DNA from: Octopus bimaculoides
Lineage: Eukaryota
Length of the DNA: 63,701 bases
Assembly: GCF_001194135.2 (NCBI RefSeq)
Contig: NC_069004.1
Span: 12,603,701 to 12,667,401, forward strand
Direction of reading: 5' to 3'
Positions within the stretch are counted from its first letter, which is position 1. Every line of letters begins with the position of its first letter. Under the pieces are notes generated by a model, which saw only the letters and a list, made by a program, of their open reading frames with translations, ran no database searches and was not told where the DNA came from. The translations under genes were made by a program, and so were the position numbers. This document shows positions 39,431 to 53,340 of this stretch, piece after piece.

Positions 39431-39853
39431 GCAAGAAGAAAATGGAGGAAAAATAACAGGAAGAGATTGGTCGTTTGCACTAGTAAGCCATTAATTTAAT
39501 TAATTAATTAATTAAGAATGGTAGTAATAGTACATTTACGGTGGTTTCTGTTTACCAGTTGTGGTGGTAGACATCATAAGAATGCAGAGTCATATGTAGA
39601 GGTAAGAAGAGCGAAAGACATAGGAATACATTGGTAACGAGAATAAAGACAAAGAATGGTGAGTCTTACATTATAGTAGATTTCTTAGTTGATAATTCTA
39701 CTACAAAGTGGATGTAGGATGGAAGTTATTTTGATCTGTAGTCCTAATATTGTACTATTACTACCGCTTTTCTTTATTAATTAATTAAATTAATGGATTA
39801 CTAGCACAAATGACCAATCTCTTCCTGTTATTTTTCCACTATTTTCTTCTTGC
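39431..39853. mobile_element. MITE/foldback element with ~104-bp inverted arms
   Basis: 39431-39534 is the reverse complement of 39751-39853 with few mismatches; TA-containing flanks. Confidence 0.8.
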
Positions 39854-40401
39854 ATATAATTTAAACTATGGTTTACCTGCTGAATTACCTTCCACCGTAT
39901 ACCTTTTACCAAGCCTCACCTAGCCTTTCCAGTTGTTTGTGGCAATAACAATAATAAATCCTTTTTACTAAAGACACAAGGCCTGAAATTTCGGGGGAGA
40001 AGACTAGTTGATTACATCGACCACAGATTTACTAGTACTTAAGTTATTGACCCCGAAAGGATGAAAGGCAAAGTTGACCTTGGTGGAATTTGAACTCAGA
40101 ACGTAGCAACTACTAAGCATTTCACCCAGCATGCTAACGATTCTGCCAGCTTGCCATAAGGTCTGAATAATAATAATAATAATAATAATCCTTTCTACTA
40201 AAGGCACAAGACCTGAAATTGAGGGGAGGGGACTAGTCGATTGCACTGACCCTAGTGTTTCACTGGTATTAATTTATTGACCCCGAAAGGATGAAAGGCA
40301 AAGATGACCATGGTAGAATTTGAACTCAGAACTAGGTATGGGTGAAATACCACTAAGCATTTTCCCTAACATGCTAATGATTCTGCCAGCTCGCCACAAG
40401 G

Positions 40402-40446
<45 letters not shown>

Positions 40447-40449
<3 letters not shown>

Positions 40450-41360
40450 AAGCATATGAAAATCCGTGCTAAAGCTGCTGCCTTAGATATTCCTACTAAT
40501 AAATGGCATGGAAAACCTCTCAATGGCAAATACCCAAAGAGAGCTAATAGTGATGATGTTGACAAAGCCCTTACCCATCAATGGTTAGTGTCTTCTGGCT
40601 TAAAATCAGAAACAGAAGGGTTTATCGTAGCAGCCAAGATCAATGCCTACCTACAAGGAACTACCAGGCTAACATATTAAAGAACGGCAGTAGCCCAACA
40701 TGTCGTGTATGTAAACAACAAAATGAAACCACTGATCACGTTGTCTCCATGTGCAGTCTTCTTGCACCTGCGGAGTATCTCAACAGGCATGATAGAGCAG
40801 CACAATATATTCACTGGGTAATTTGCGAAAACCTGGACCTGCCCCATGATAAAAACTGGTGGGAACACAACCCACCTCTAGTGCTTGAAAATGATCACAT
40901 CTCACTCCTCTGGAACTTTACCATTCAAACTGACAGAAAGATAGATGCGAATAGGCCAAACATTATATTGAAAGGCTTCAGACCAAAAAATCGACCATAA
41001 ATGTATCTGTGAAGACCTACCAAAAACTGAGCAAGTATAAAGATCTTGAAATAGAAATTGGCAAAATGTGGAACCACAAGACTAAGACAATACTTGTTGT
41101 CATACGTACCTTAGGAATGATAGCAAAAGGGTCTGATTGCTACCTAGCTCAGATAGTAGAAAACTCCAAAATGGCAGAAATTCAAAAGATAGTGCCCATG
41201 GGAACTGCCCATATCCTACATAAAATACTGTCTATGTAATCTCAAATTTAAAAAAAAAACTCATAATTTTCTTATGTTTTCTGAAACATTCTCTAGAACA
41301 ATACTATGTGCAAAACCAAATATATGACACCCTAGGCATAACACCAACTTCTAACTTGTC
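40447..41360 (+). mobile_element. R4/Dong-like non-LTR 3' fragment, frameshifted
   Basis: WHGKPLNGKY...GLKSETEGFIVAA / DQCLPTRNY...CRVCKQQNETTDHVVSMC...RHD...WNFTIQTDR...RP / KYKDLEIEIGKMW...GTAHILHKIL; begins directly after (AAT)n. Confidence 0.85.
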
Positions 41361-41727
41361 TCTGTGGTCATGCTGGAGCACCGCCTTTAGTTGAGCAAAT
41401 TGACCCCAGGACTTATTCTTTGGAAGCCTAGTACTTATTCTATCGGTCTCTTTTGCCGAACCGCTAAGTTACGGGGACGTAAACACAACCAGCATCAGTT
41501 GTCAAGTGATGTTGGGGGGACAAACACACACACACACATATATATATGTTCATATATATGATGGGCTTCTTTCAGTTTCCGTCTACTAAATCCACTCACA
41601 AGGCTTTGGTCGGCCCGAGGCTATAGTAGAAGACACTTGCCCAAGGTGCCACGCAGTGGGACTGAACCCAGAACCATGTGGTTGGTAAGCAAGCTACTTA
41701 CCACACAGCCACTCCTATGCCTACGCC

Positions 41728-41760
<33 letters not shown>

Positions 41761-42905
41761 CCTTTCTACTATAGGCATAAAGCCTGAAATTTGGGAAAGG
41801 GGGTCTTGTTGAATACATTGATCTCAGTGTTCAACTGGTATGTATTTTATTGACCTCGAAAGGCATGGAAGCCTTAGCTGACTTCGGCGCCATTTTAACT
41901 CAGAACGTAAAACCAGAAGAAACTACACTTAGCATGCTAACAATTCTGCCAGCTTGCTGCCTTAACAATGATGATAATGATAGTGATGATGATGATGATG
42001 ATGATGACTCGTTTACTGTGATATCATTGTTTCATCTGGTTTGCTTCATTCATTCGTCAAAGTTTCCTTCGCCTAAAACAAAGCTTCTTTTAATTGGTAA
42101 AAAAAAACAAAAAAAACCCTCATTCCTTTTATGAAATATTTAATAACCATCCAATTATTTTTAGCAATTAACAGTAGCCACACATCATTCCCAACTATAA
42201 CTACGCGACCAAGCGGACTCTCTCTCTCTCTCTCCTCCGTTAAGTCTTCCATTCCTCATCTTGTCTTTCCACCTTTTTCGCACCATTCTTCTTCTTCTCT
42301 CTTTCTCCATCTGTTCACTACAATCCTCTTTCTCTTCTCTGCACACACACTCTTTAAACACACCAATCAAAATTCAAACTTCAAACGAACTACTTCCATG
42401 TCCAATCAATAAAAAAAAAAGAAAACACAACTAATGATACAAATAAAAAAAGGAATAGAAGAAATCACTATTTTCCATTTTGTCCAAGTATATATATATA
42501 TATATATATATACACCAACTTAGGTAGTCTATAGCATCTGCTTTTCAACATGATGTTTTTATACGCTCGGCTCTCACACTTATTGGCTCTGCTTTTCATT
42601 CAGTTATTAGTAGGGTGCGGTCAGTTAATACAAGTGGAATGACTCATATTCTAGGGGCTGTTGACTCAATACGCATACGCACACACACACACGCACATAC
42701 ACACACAAGCAAACACAAATGAACACAAATTAAGCATTGAGTTTCATCATTCTCTGCAGCTGCCAGCTCTCGGAGTGTGGACTGCTCTTCCAAAAACACT
42801 CTCGAAATTCAGCTATTTTAACAAAGATTTCCAAGTGGTTTTAATCCCATGACCATCCCACAGAGTAGCTTGGACAGTTCTCAAAGATAGAAAGAAAAGG
42901 CCATG

Positions 42906-43450
42906 GAGAGAGGGGGAGGGAAAGAAAGAGGAGAGGGAAAGAGGGGCAGAAAGAGAGAAAAGATGGGGAGACAGAAAAAAGAGAGAGGGAGAGAGAGAAA
43001 GGAGAGAAAGAAGAGAGGAGAGAAAGAAGAGAGGAGAGAAAGAAGAGAGGAGAGAAAGAAGAGAGGAGAGAAAGAAGAGAGGAGAGAAAGAAGAGAGGAG
43101 AGAAAGAAGAGAGGAGAGAGAGTGGGAGAGAGTAAAGTGAGAGAGGTGGATAGAAAAAATGAGAGAGGGGGATAGAAAAAATGAGAGAGGGGAGAGAGAA
43201 AGAAAAGTGAGAGAGGGAGAGAGAGAGAAAGGAAAGTGAGAGAGGGAGAGAGAGAAAGGAAAGTGAGAGAGGGAGAGAGAGAAAGGAAAGTGAGAGAGGG
43301 AGAGAGAGAAAGAAAAGTGAGAGAGGGAGAGAGAGAGAGAAAGAAAAGTGAGAGAGGGAGAGAGAAAGAAAGAAAACTGAAAGGGGGAGAGAGAAAGAAA
43401 AGTGAGAGAAGGAGAGAGAAAGAAAAGTGAGAGAGGGAGAGAGAGAAAGA
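42906..43450. repeat. ~545-bp polypurine tract with 16-bp and ~24-bp subrepeats
   Basis: Almost only G and A on +; agaaagaagagaggag about x5, then gagagaaaggaaagtgagagaggga-type units. Confidence 0.9.
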
Positions 43451-44060
43451 CAAGTAAGGTGGGGGGAGCGAGACAGAAGAATCAGCTGCAACACTTGACT
43501 AATTTTTTTTTATTTATCATCTCCCAAAAGACAGAATGTAAAAGCTGACTTTGGTAGGAATTGAACCTCAACACATCCTATCCAACACTCCAAGGATTCT
43601 AATAATTCACTGCAGTTGCGTCAACTCGGAAAAACAATATTTTAAAAACCAAACCGTGGCACTAAAACAGTGGTTCACAACCCGGGTCCATGTGACCCCT
43701 GAAGGTCCACATTAAGATTAGGGGCCAAATAAGCAAAATAGTAAATAGGGTCTGCAATATTATTTGAAGGGGTCATGAAAATATTTTGCAACAGCTCAGT
43801 TTCTTTCATGGTTCAAACTACACAAATGAATGTGCAATGAACAAAATACCTTATTTTAATATGTATAAGGAACCCTCACGTATAAGGAACCCCCTAATTT
43901 TGGGGGGTTAAAATTTGGAAGAAAGGTTTTGTAAGGGATTATAATACTATCCATGTATAANNNNNNNNNNNNNNNNNNNNNNNNNNNNNNNNNNNNNNNN
44001 NNNNNNNNNNNNNNNNNNNNNNNNNNNNNNNNNNNNNNNNNNNNNNNNNNNNNNNNNNNN

Positions 44061-44100
<40 letters not shown>

Positions 44101-45289
44101 TGGTGTTGTTTAGCCGAAGGTTAGCTTCAATCATGTACACCTTTGATCAAAGATGTTGCAGTCATGACCAGTGAATCTTCCTTTTTTTCCACACACCTGT
44201 ATTCAAGTCTACATCAGCCAACATGTTTGTTTTTGTTATTTTTTGCATTTTTTTAAAACGGCAAAGTGTGTGAGTTGGAGGAAATTTGGCTACTATTTCT
44301 AGTAAAAAAAAAGTGGCCACATAGGAGCTTCTTCAGTTAGTTATTTAATCATGGTTCCAATATTGCAAAGCATCACGATTTGATATGGCAGGAATTAACT
44401 CAAGAATACAAAGAATTATATAAATTAACATTTCCAAGGTATATCAGCTGTGTGGTTAAGAAGTTTGTTTCGTAATTATATGGTTTCAGGTTCAATCCTG
44501 CTGCACAGTACATCATCATTTAACGTCCATTTTCCATACTGGCATGTGTTGGACAGTTTGACAAGAGCTGGCCAGCCAAAGAGCTGCACCAGACTTCAAT
44601 TGTCTCCGTTATGGCATAGTTTCTACTGCCGGGTATCCTTTCTAATGTCAACCATTCTACAGAGGGCACCAAGAGCTTTATAGGTGGCACCAGCACAAGC
44701 AATTTATACATGACATTGGCACAGGTGCCAATTATGCAGCACTGGCATGGGTGCTCTTCTACACAGCACCAGCAAGGGTGCTATCTTAAAAGGCACGAGC
44801 ACAGGTCAAGTGACTGATGTGAGGAGAACTTCCTTTTTTCTTCACAGACTTCAGAATAAATCATTAAAATAAAAAGAAAAATCACCAATTAAGATAGTAC
44901 AGGAAAACAACTAATTAATCACTTATCAAACTTTAATTTCTAATCAAACAGATGACTAAACTAGATGTAGTTATTCTCTGACAAGTACCATATTTGATGG
45001 CACATAAAAGAAAAGTTCTAAAACTTGTCTTGTGTTATAAATGAGAAGCTGAGGCCTTCAAACTAATTTTTTATCTTTATTCTTTTACTTGTTTCTGTCA
45101 TTTGACTGTGGCCATGCTGGAGCACCGCCTTAAAGGGCTTTTTTAGTCGAAGAAATCGACCTCAGGACTTATTCTTTGTAAGCCTAATATTTATTCTATT
45201 GGTCTCTTTTGCTGAACTACTAAGTACAGGGACATAAACACACCAACATCGGCTGTCAACAATGGTGGGGGGACAAACACAGACATAAA

Positions 45290-45328
<39 letters not shown>

Positions 45329-46795
45329 GGCTTCTTTAAGTTTCTGTCTACCAAATCCACTCACAAGGACTTGGTTGGCCTGAGGCTATAATTGAAGACA
45401 CTTGCTCAAGGTGCTGTGCAGTGAGAATGCCACATAAAAAGCACCCAGAACACTCTGTAAAGTGGTTGGCATTAGGAAGAGCATCCAGCTGTAGAAACCA
45501 TGCCAAAGCAGACAATGGAGCCTGGTGCAGCTGTCCAGCTTTCTAGCTTCTGTTAAGCAGTCCAACCCATGTCATCATAGAAGACAAGCTTTAAATGATG
45601 ATGATGATGATGATGATGATAATGATGATGATGATTAAATTACAAAGTCAAATTTGTAGGTTTACTTCTTAGTGTATGAGTGGTCAGTCCAGATGAAGTA
45701 AATCTTGTTACTCAAAGAGGAAAACTAGTGGGTGAGATGACCAAATGGTAACATTAGTAGATGCCAATATACCAATTTAGTCACTAAATCTCAAAGTAAT
45801 TGATTCCAATAAGAAAATTTCTTCTCGCAGTTTCTATTAATTTGGGTGGCTTTCATATTAAATAAACAAACCAGTAGTGGACCAGTGCTTACTGCATCAA
45901 AATTAAGTGACCAGACACAGGCATAGCTGTGTGGTTAAGATCACTTTGCAACCACACATTTTCAGGTTTTATCCCACTGTATGGCACCTTAGAAAAGTGT
46001 CTTCTACTATACTGTAGCCCCAGGTCAACCAATGCTTTGAAAGTGAATTTCTTAGATGGAAACTGTGTGGAAGCCTATCATGTATGTGTGTGAATGCTCC
46101 TACCAGTTGACAACCAGTGTTGATTTGTTTACATCCCCTTAACTTTACAGCAAAAGAGCCTGATAGAATAAGCACTAGACTTTAAAAAAAAAAAAAGGAA
46201 AAAAAAAAAGGATCTTTTCTGTTTGGGAATTTTAATGTTTAGTGAAAATTTAAAAATTTGGTGTATTAATGTGATTTTCCAAGCTGAACCTCTGGAGATA
46301 TTTCGCATTTTCCAGAAAAAGTTTTAGAAAAAGTTACAGAGGTTTGAAGTTTGATAATTTAAGGCCTATTTAGCTGTTATTCTTAGCACATCTCATGACC
46401 ACCTCAATGAACAGAATATATTTGTCAACATGTGCTTTCTCGTAGACTAAAGAGTTTTCATGTTTGGCTTGTTACTATAGAAACAGGCATGAATGTGTCT
46501 GTGGCTTATGATTGGCTAAAATTACACGAAATTTTTAAACTTTAAAAGCTATTAACTCTTTATTTATTGATTTATGGCGAAAATGAATTTCATGACATTG
46601 ATTAGCATAAAAAACTACAGCATTACACCAAATACGAAATCAATTTTTAGAGAAATTGAAGAGATTGAAAATTGACAGCCAAACAAAAAAGATTTTTTTA
46701 AAAATGGGGTTGATTTGTTCTGAAAGAAGTAAAAACAAAATTAAAAAAGGAATAAAGCATTTATTTCCAAGATTTACTTATTTTGTTTTATTTAA

Positions 46796-47005
46796 CCCCG
46801 TTAGCATTTAACCTGATCATATCCAACCCAAATATTCTACAGACTGACTAGATCCAACCTCTCACACCTGCCCCACAATGCCATTCTGAAAATATACAAA
46901 AACACTATTGAAAATCTTGACGCAACGAGATAATGCATGATTGATTCAGAGCAATGCAAATAATATAAGCAATACATTTGACAAAGAAATCTGAATGCAA
47001 CAGGG
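46796..47005. mobile_element. piggyBac-type MITE
   Basis: TTAA|CCCCGTTAGCATT ... AATGCAACAGGG|TTAA; partial relatives at about 48035-48200 and 21290-21950. Confidence 0.75.
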
Positions 47006-47007
47006 TT

Positions 47008-47061
<54 letters not shown>

Positions 47062-47344
47062 CAGCAGCAATAGTAGCTGTAGCAAAAGCAGCAGTTATTT
47101 ATACCATTGGTCAAATTCAAGAATGACATATCATTTTGAATGACACCACATCCTTGTGTTGATCGTCATCAGCAGCGTCACACAGCAAACAGTTATTACA
47201 TTACAGTGAGACACTTCCTTTTGTTTGACTATTTATCAACAGGCATATAATATCACCTATGAAAGAGGAAGGGATAATTAGGCTGGACCTCTTGACAGCT
47301 GCCACAGCAGCAGTAGCAGCAGCAACAGTGGCACCACCACCACC

Positions 47345-47378
<34 letters not shown>

Positions 47379-50141
47379 CCACCACTACCACCACCATCAA
47401 ATGGCGCTCTTAAACACTTTGGTTAAATACCAGGAAACTCAGAAGTATCAAAACTACAAAAATATTATTCTCATAGGTGCAAGCATGGCTGTGTGCTAAG
47501 AAGCTTGCTTCCAAACCACATGGTTCTGGGTAAAAATGGTTAAAAGTAATTAATTTTTTTCGAATACAAGTTATTTTACACACACGCGCACACATAAGTG
47601 CGTGTGTCAGTCTCATTGTGTGGCACTTTGAGTAAGTGTCTTCTATCATAGCCCTGAGCTAGCCAAAGCCTTCTAAGTGGATTTGGTAGACAGAAACTGA
47701 AAGAAGCCCATCCTATATATGTGTGCGTATGTGCGTATGTGTGTGTCTTTGTATCTGTGTTTGTCCACCACCATCAGCACTTGACAACTTGTGTTGATGT
47801 GTTTATGTCTCCATAACTTAGTGGTCCAGCAAAAGAAACCAATAGAATGGGTACTGGGGTCAATTCATTCCACTAAAAATTCTTTAAAGTTGTGCCCCAG
47901 CATGGTCACAGTCTAATGACTGAAACAAGTAAAAGATAAAAGATAGTTACTAACGAAATCCTAAGAAAGACATTGTCAACCTTAGAATACCTGATTCTCT
48001 TAAAAACTCTTTCAAAATTGAAAATATCACAAAATTTAACCCTTTAGCATTTAAACTGGCCAGATCTGGCCTCTCACACCTACCCTTCAATGTCATTTTA
48101 AAAATAAACAATCACATCATCAAAATCTTGAAGCTACAAGATTAGGCATGATTAAATTCAAAACAATGTGAATTAATAAGTATTAGATTTGACAGATTCT
48201 TAATTATCGAAATGCAGTCTCTTTCCCCTACAATATATCATTGCTAATCATAAATAACACCCATAGCAAAACATCCAACTTGTGGTTCCAGGTCTCAAGG
48301 CTAAAGAAGGAGACACTTACCCAAGGTGCTATGCAGTGGGACAATGAAAATAATAATAATGGTTTCTGATTTAGGCACAAGGCCAGATATTTTGTATGGG
48401 AGTGGGGTTATTAATATCATCAAATACAGTACTTGACTGATACTTTATTTTACTAACTCTGAAAGGATGAAAAGACAAAGTTGACCTCAGCATGATTTGA
48501 ACTCAGAACCTAACGAACCAGAAGACACACCAACAAGGCAGGTTTTTCCTATGAGCTAACAATTCTGCCGACTCACTGCCTATCCTTTCATTGTTTAACA
48601 CAATGGATCACGCACAGAATATAAAATACGTCATGCAAATGAGATTACAAAACCTGATCCCCCCTCCCACACACACACAGAGCAGGGTAGTATAAAACTG
48701 TAATACTGTAATACAGGATTTGAAACATTAGACATTTATTATACATAACAAATAAGGGCAACGCTCATCCCAAATAGGTGAGGGACCACCACCTAGGAGG
48801 GAAGTAGGGCTTTACATCAAACTGCAATCGTCAGCAAATCAAATCACCTGAAACTGTTTGCAAGTATCTTTGATCTCAGCTAAACAACAAAGCCAACCCC
48901 GCCCCCAAAACATACACATTCTGGGTAGGGTTCCTTTAGCAGTTGACAGATTGTTACTGTGTATTTCATCAACTGTCTTATCATTTAGTCCTTCTCTGTC
49001 TTATCGTTATANNNNNNNNNNNNNNNNNNNNNNNNNNNNNNNNNNNNNNNNNNNNNNNNNNNNNNNNNNNNNNNNNNNNNNNNNNNNNNNNNNNNNNNNN
49101 NNNNNNNNNNNNNNNNNNNNNNNNNNNNNNNNNNNNNNNNNNNNNNNNNNNNNNNNNNNNNNNNNNNNNNNNNNNNNNNNNNNNNNNNNNNNNNNNNNNN
49201 NNNNNNNNNNNNNNNNNNNNNNNNNNNNNNNNNNNNNNNNNNNNNNNNNNNNNNNNNNNNNNNNNNNNNNNNNNNNNNNNNNNNNNNNNNNNNNNNNNNN
49301 NNNNNNNNNNNNNNNNNNNNNNNNNNNNNNNNNNNNNNNNNNNNNNNNNNNNNNNNNNNNNNNNNNNNNNNNNNNNNNNNNNNNNNNNNNNNNNTATGTA
49401 TGATTGTGTATAGAGGAATATATTATTTTGTTTAGTTTAAAACAGTTCCAACACTGTCTGTTTTTTATGTTTTATTTATATTCCTGCAAAACCAATGTGG
49501 GATATAGAATATGGAATATACAATATATAATATAAAATAAAATAAAAATGGATGGTACAATGAAATAAAGTATTGAATGTCTTATTGAATAGATGAAATA
49601 TTGAGTGTTCAATATAAAGGATTAAATATATAAAGGCGAATACGTATTTTCTATACCTTGTGGTATTTCATCATGGCTGGTATGACAGACTTTAACAGAC
49701 TGTATATATATATATATATATATACACGCACAGACACAACAACACACTCATATAGATATATATAGATATATATATATAGATATATATAGATATATATATA
49801 TTCATATATATACCTATATGTGCGTGTGTCATTGTGTCTGTGTTTGTTCCCCGCCCCATCACTGCTTGACAACTGGTGTTGGTGTGTTTATGTCCCTATA
49901 ACTTAATGCTTCGGCAAAAAGACCAATAGAATAAAAACTAGGCTTTAAAAAAAAATAAGACCTGGAGTCAATTTGTTTGACTAAAACCCTTCAAGGCAGT
50001 GCTCCAGCATGGCCGTAGTCAAATGAGTGAAAGAATAAAAGAAAAGAAAAAGCTTTTTTTAACTTTTATTTTTTACTTGTTTCAGTCATTAGACTGTGGC
50101 CATGCTGGGGCATTGCCTTGAAGAACTTGTAGTCAAATGTA

Positions 50142-51699
50142 CACTGCATGTCAAATTATTAGGCAGCTCAGTTTTTTCACAATAACAGAGTATTTATTCG
50201 TTCGAATCCAGATATTTTTCCACTGCATGATGGTAACATCCATCTGCATGTACTGTACCAAATTAAATCTGATTCCCTCATACGTCAAGAAATAACAGCC
50301 ATATTTGTTAATAGGCATCGTTTTTACTGCCCTAAATTATTACGCAGGTCTCATAAATATGCTAATTATGCAAAAACAAACATTTATTCAATGCAACAAT
50401 TAATTTTTAGCAACAGATATAATCATAACAGACTTTATAATGAACATAATATGATGTTTGAATGGAAATAATACAAGAAATATGATGTCATAAAGTTCTG
50501 AATGATGGATGTATGATCCTCCACATGAGGAAACATCCCTGACGTGTTTGTCAAGGTAACTATTTCATCTGGTGTAATACTGTCAGCAGTATCCACAATA
50601 GCTTCCCAGAGTGCATCTTTCATTGAAAACTGCCGTCCATTTTGACATATCTTCCTCTTCAGAACACTCCACAGATTTTCAATCGGGTTTATGTCGGGTG
50701 AGCATGCTGGCCACTTTATCAAATGGTGTCCAGAGAAGCCTAATTGCTGTAGGTATTCCAGAGATTTCTTAGCTGCATGGGCGGGTGCATTATCTTGTAT
50801 GAATACCAGCGTTCTCCTTAATGAAACTTTCTGCTTCTTCAACCATGGCTTAAAATTGTCCTCCAAAAAGGCAACATAGGCATTAAACGTCATCTTAATT
50901 CCGTCTGGAACTTTCCAAGGACCAACCAACTTGTCTCCAATGATGTCAGCACAAATCATGACTCTGTTGGCGTCTCAAACAATGAGGACGATTTCCACTA
51001 ATTGCAACCCATCCTTTACTCCACCCTCCTAGTCCGTCTAGGGTAGCAGTGCATTCGTCAGTAAAGAAGACTTTTGAAAAATCTATCTTCATGTAGTCTT
51101 CTGCCCATTTGACTCTATAGCCTTTAGAGGGGGGCTTTGTAACAGGTTTTATGTTCTTGGCTACCTGCTTCAGGAGGCGACACCTGGTAGATTTCGAAAT
51201 GTCTTCCCTACCACAACATTTAAACACTTTTTGATTAGTCAGACACGTGTTCTTCACAACTTCCCTTGTTATACATGACAGGGTACGCCTGGAAACAACC
51301 CTTGATTTACCCTTGTCAGCCCTCGAACAGACAGCAGAAGACTCCATAAATTTCTTCATAGTTCGATGATCTCTTACCAAGATCTTTGATATTTCCAATG
51401 TCATTTTTGTTTTTCCAAGCTCCAAGACAATGGTGGACTTCTCATTTGATGTTAAATCACATTTTTGACCCATAGTAACTCTTTTGTTGGGCACTTGCCT
51501 AATAATTTAGGACGGTAAAATTGTTGCTGTTTCACGAAAATAGCCGCCATTTATTTACATCTGCACAGATCCAATTAATTTTACTACAGTATGTGCAGGC
51601 AGATGTTGCCATCATTCAGTGAAAAATATCTGGATTCAAACGAAAAAATACTCTGCTATTTCGAAAAAACAGAGCTGCTTAATAATTTGACACGCAGTA
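50142..51699 (-). mobile_element. Full-length Tc1-like DNA transposon, DD37E (TRT-like), 1558 bp
   Basis: TA flanks at 50140-50141 and 51700-51701; ends cactgcatgtcaaattattaggcagc / gctgcttaataatttgacacgcagta, with imperfect inverted similarity continuing for more than 100 bp. Confidence 0.9.
50435..51473 (-). pseudogene. DD37E transposase, frameshifted at about 50960
   Basis: MGQKCDLT...RDHRT (paired-like HTH), FTDE, QDNAPAH and SPDINPIENLW, with 37 residues between the second D and the E. The GGGG after LRRQQ is deleted, shifting the frame. Confidence 0.9.
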
Positions 51700-53298
51700 T
51701 ATAAGTACCAGACTTAACAAAATTAAGTACTAGAGTCAATTCATTTGATTAAAAGGCTGTTGAAAGTAAAAATCAGACTACAAGCAAGGCAAGGTAGGAC
51801 ACAGCCGGAAATAGGTTTTAATTGTTTATATTTAGATAAGGAGGATATAGGATGGTGATTATCACAAGTGTTCAGATACTAAGTTTTTTTTTACATTGTT
51901 CCAATGGCACTCCTTTAGTGTTGGGGTCCCATTTTATTATTTTTCCTCTTTATCCAGATAGATCCTGCTAGAGACATGAATACTACAATGTACAGAATAC
52001 ATTCACATTGATGGCCTATGCAAACCAGGTCAAGACACATATAGACAATACATATATNNNNNNNNNNNNNNNNNNNNNNNNNNNNNNNNNNNNNNNNNNN
52101 NNNNNNNNNNNNNNNNNNNNNNNNNNNNNNNNNNNNNNNNNNNNNNNNNNNNNNNNNNNNNNNNNNNNNNNNNNNNNNNNNNNNNNNNNNNNTTTATTTG
52201 TTTCAATCATTAGACTGCAGTCATGCTGGAGCACCACCCTGAAGGGTTTTAATCAAACAAATCGACCCCAGGACTTTTTTTTTTAAAGCTTAGTACTTAT
52301 TCTATCAGTCTCTTTTGCTGAACAGCTAAGTTACAGGGATGTAAACAAACTAACATCAGTTGTCAAGTGGTGGTGGGGAACAAACACAGACACAAAGACA
52401 CACACATACATATGACGGGTTTCTTTCAGTTTCTGTCTACCAAATTTACTCACAAGGCTTTCGTCAGCCTGAGGTTATAGCAGAAGACACTTGCCCAAGG
52501 TGCCACGCAGAGGGACTGAACCCTGAATCATGTGGTTGGGAAGCAAGCTTCTTACCACTCAGCCACACCAGCACCTATATATATATGTATGTAGGAACGT
52601 ATGTGTGTATGTATATTATGTATGTATATATTATATATACATGAAGGCGCATGGCTTAATGGTTAGGGCATTCAGCTCACAACCGTAAGGTTGTGAGTTC
52701 AATTCCCGATGACATGTTGTGTCCTTGAGCAAGACAATTTATTTCATGTTTCTCCAGTTCACTCATCTGGCAAAAATGAGAAGTACCTGTATTTCAAAGA
52801 GCCAGCCTTGTCACACTGTGTCACGCTGAGTATCCCCGAGAACTATGTTAAGGGTACACGTGTCTGTGAAGTGCTCAGCCACTTGCACGTTAATTTCACG
52901 AGCAAGCCGTTCCGTTGATCGTATCAGCTGGGACCTTTGTCGTCATAATTGAGTACTCCTCATACATGCATGCATGCACGCACACATGCATATATACATA
53001 CATACATACATACATACATACATTACATACATACATAGGGTGACCCAAAAAACAAATTCGAGAAATGTTCAACTCTCACCCCATCAATTTGTGAGGTTTG
53101 ACATATAAACACTCTGCCTGAAAATTGAAGAAAATTCCATAGTATTTAGTGTTGCCACTAAGGAATTCAATATTTTATTTTTAGCATGAAATAAAAACTT
53201 AACACAGTAAATAGCTTGTAATTGAGATATAGTAAAAATATTCCATTTATCAATATATGAAACAGTGCAGTGACAAAATCATCTGAACAATGTGGCAG

Positions 53299-53340
<42 letters not shown>

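Noticed and set aside
42841-43494. 217-aa and 190-aa Ser/Leu/Phe ORFs and Glu/Arg ORFs
   Set aside because: Products of the polypurine tract.
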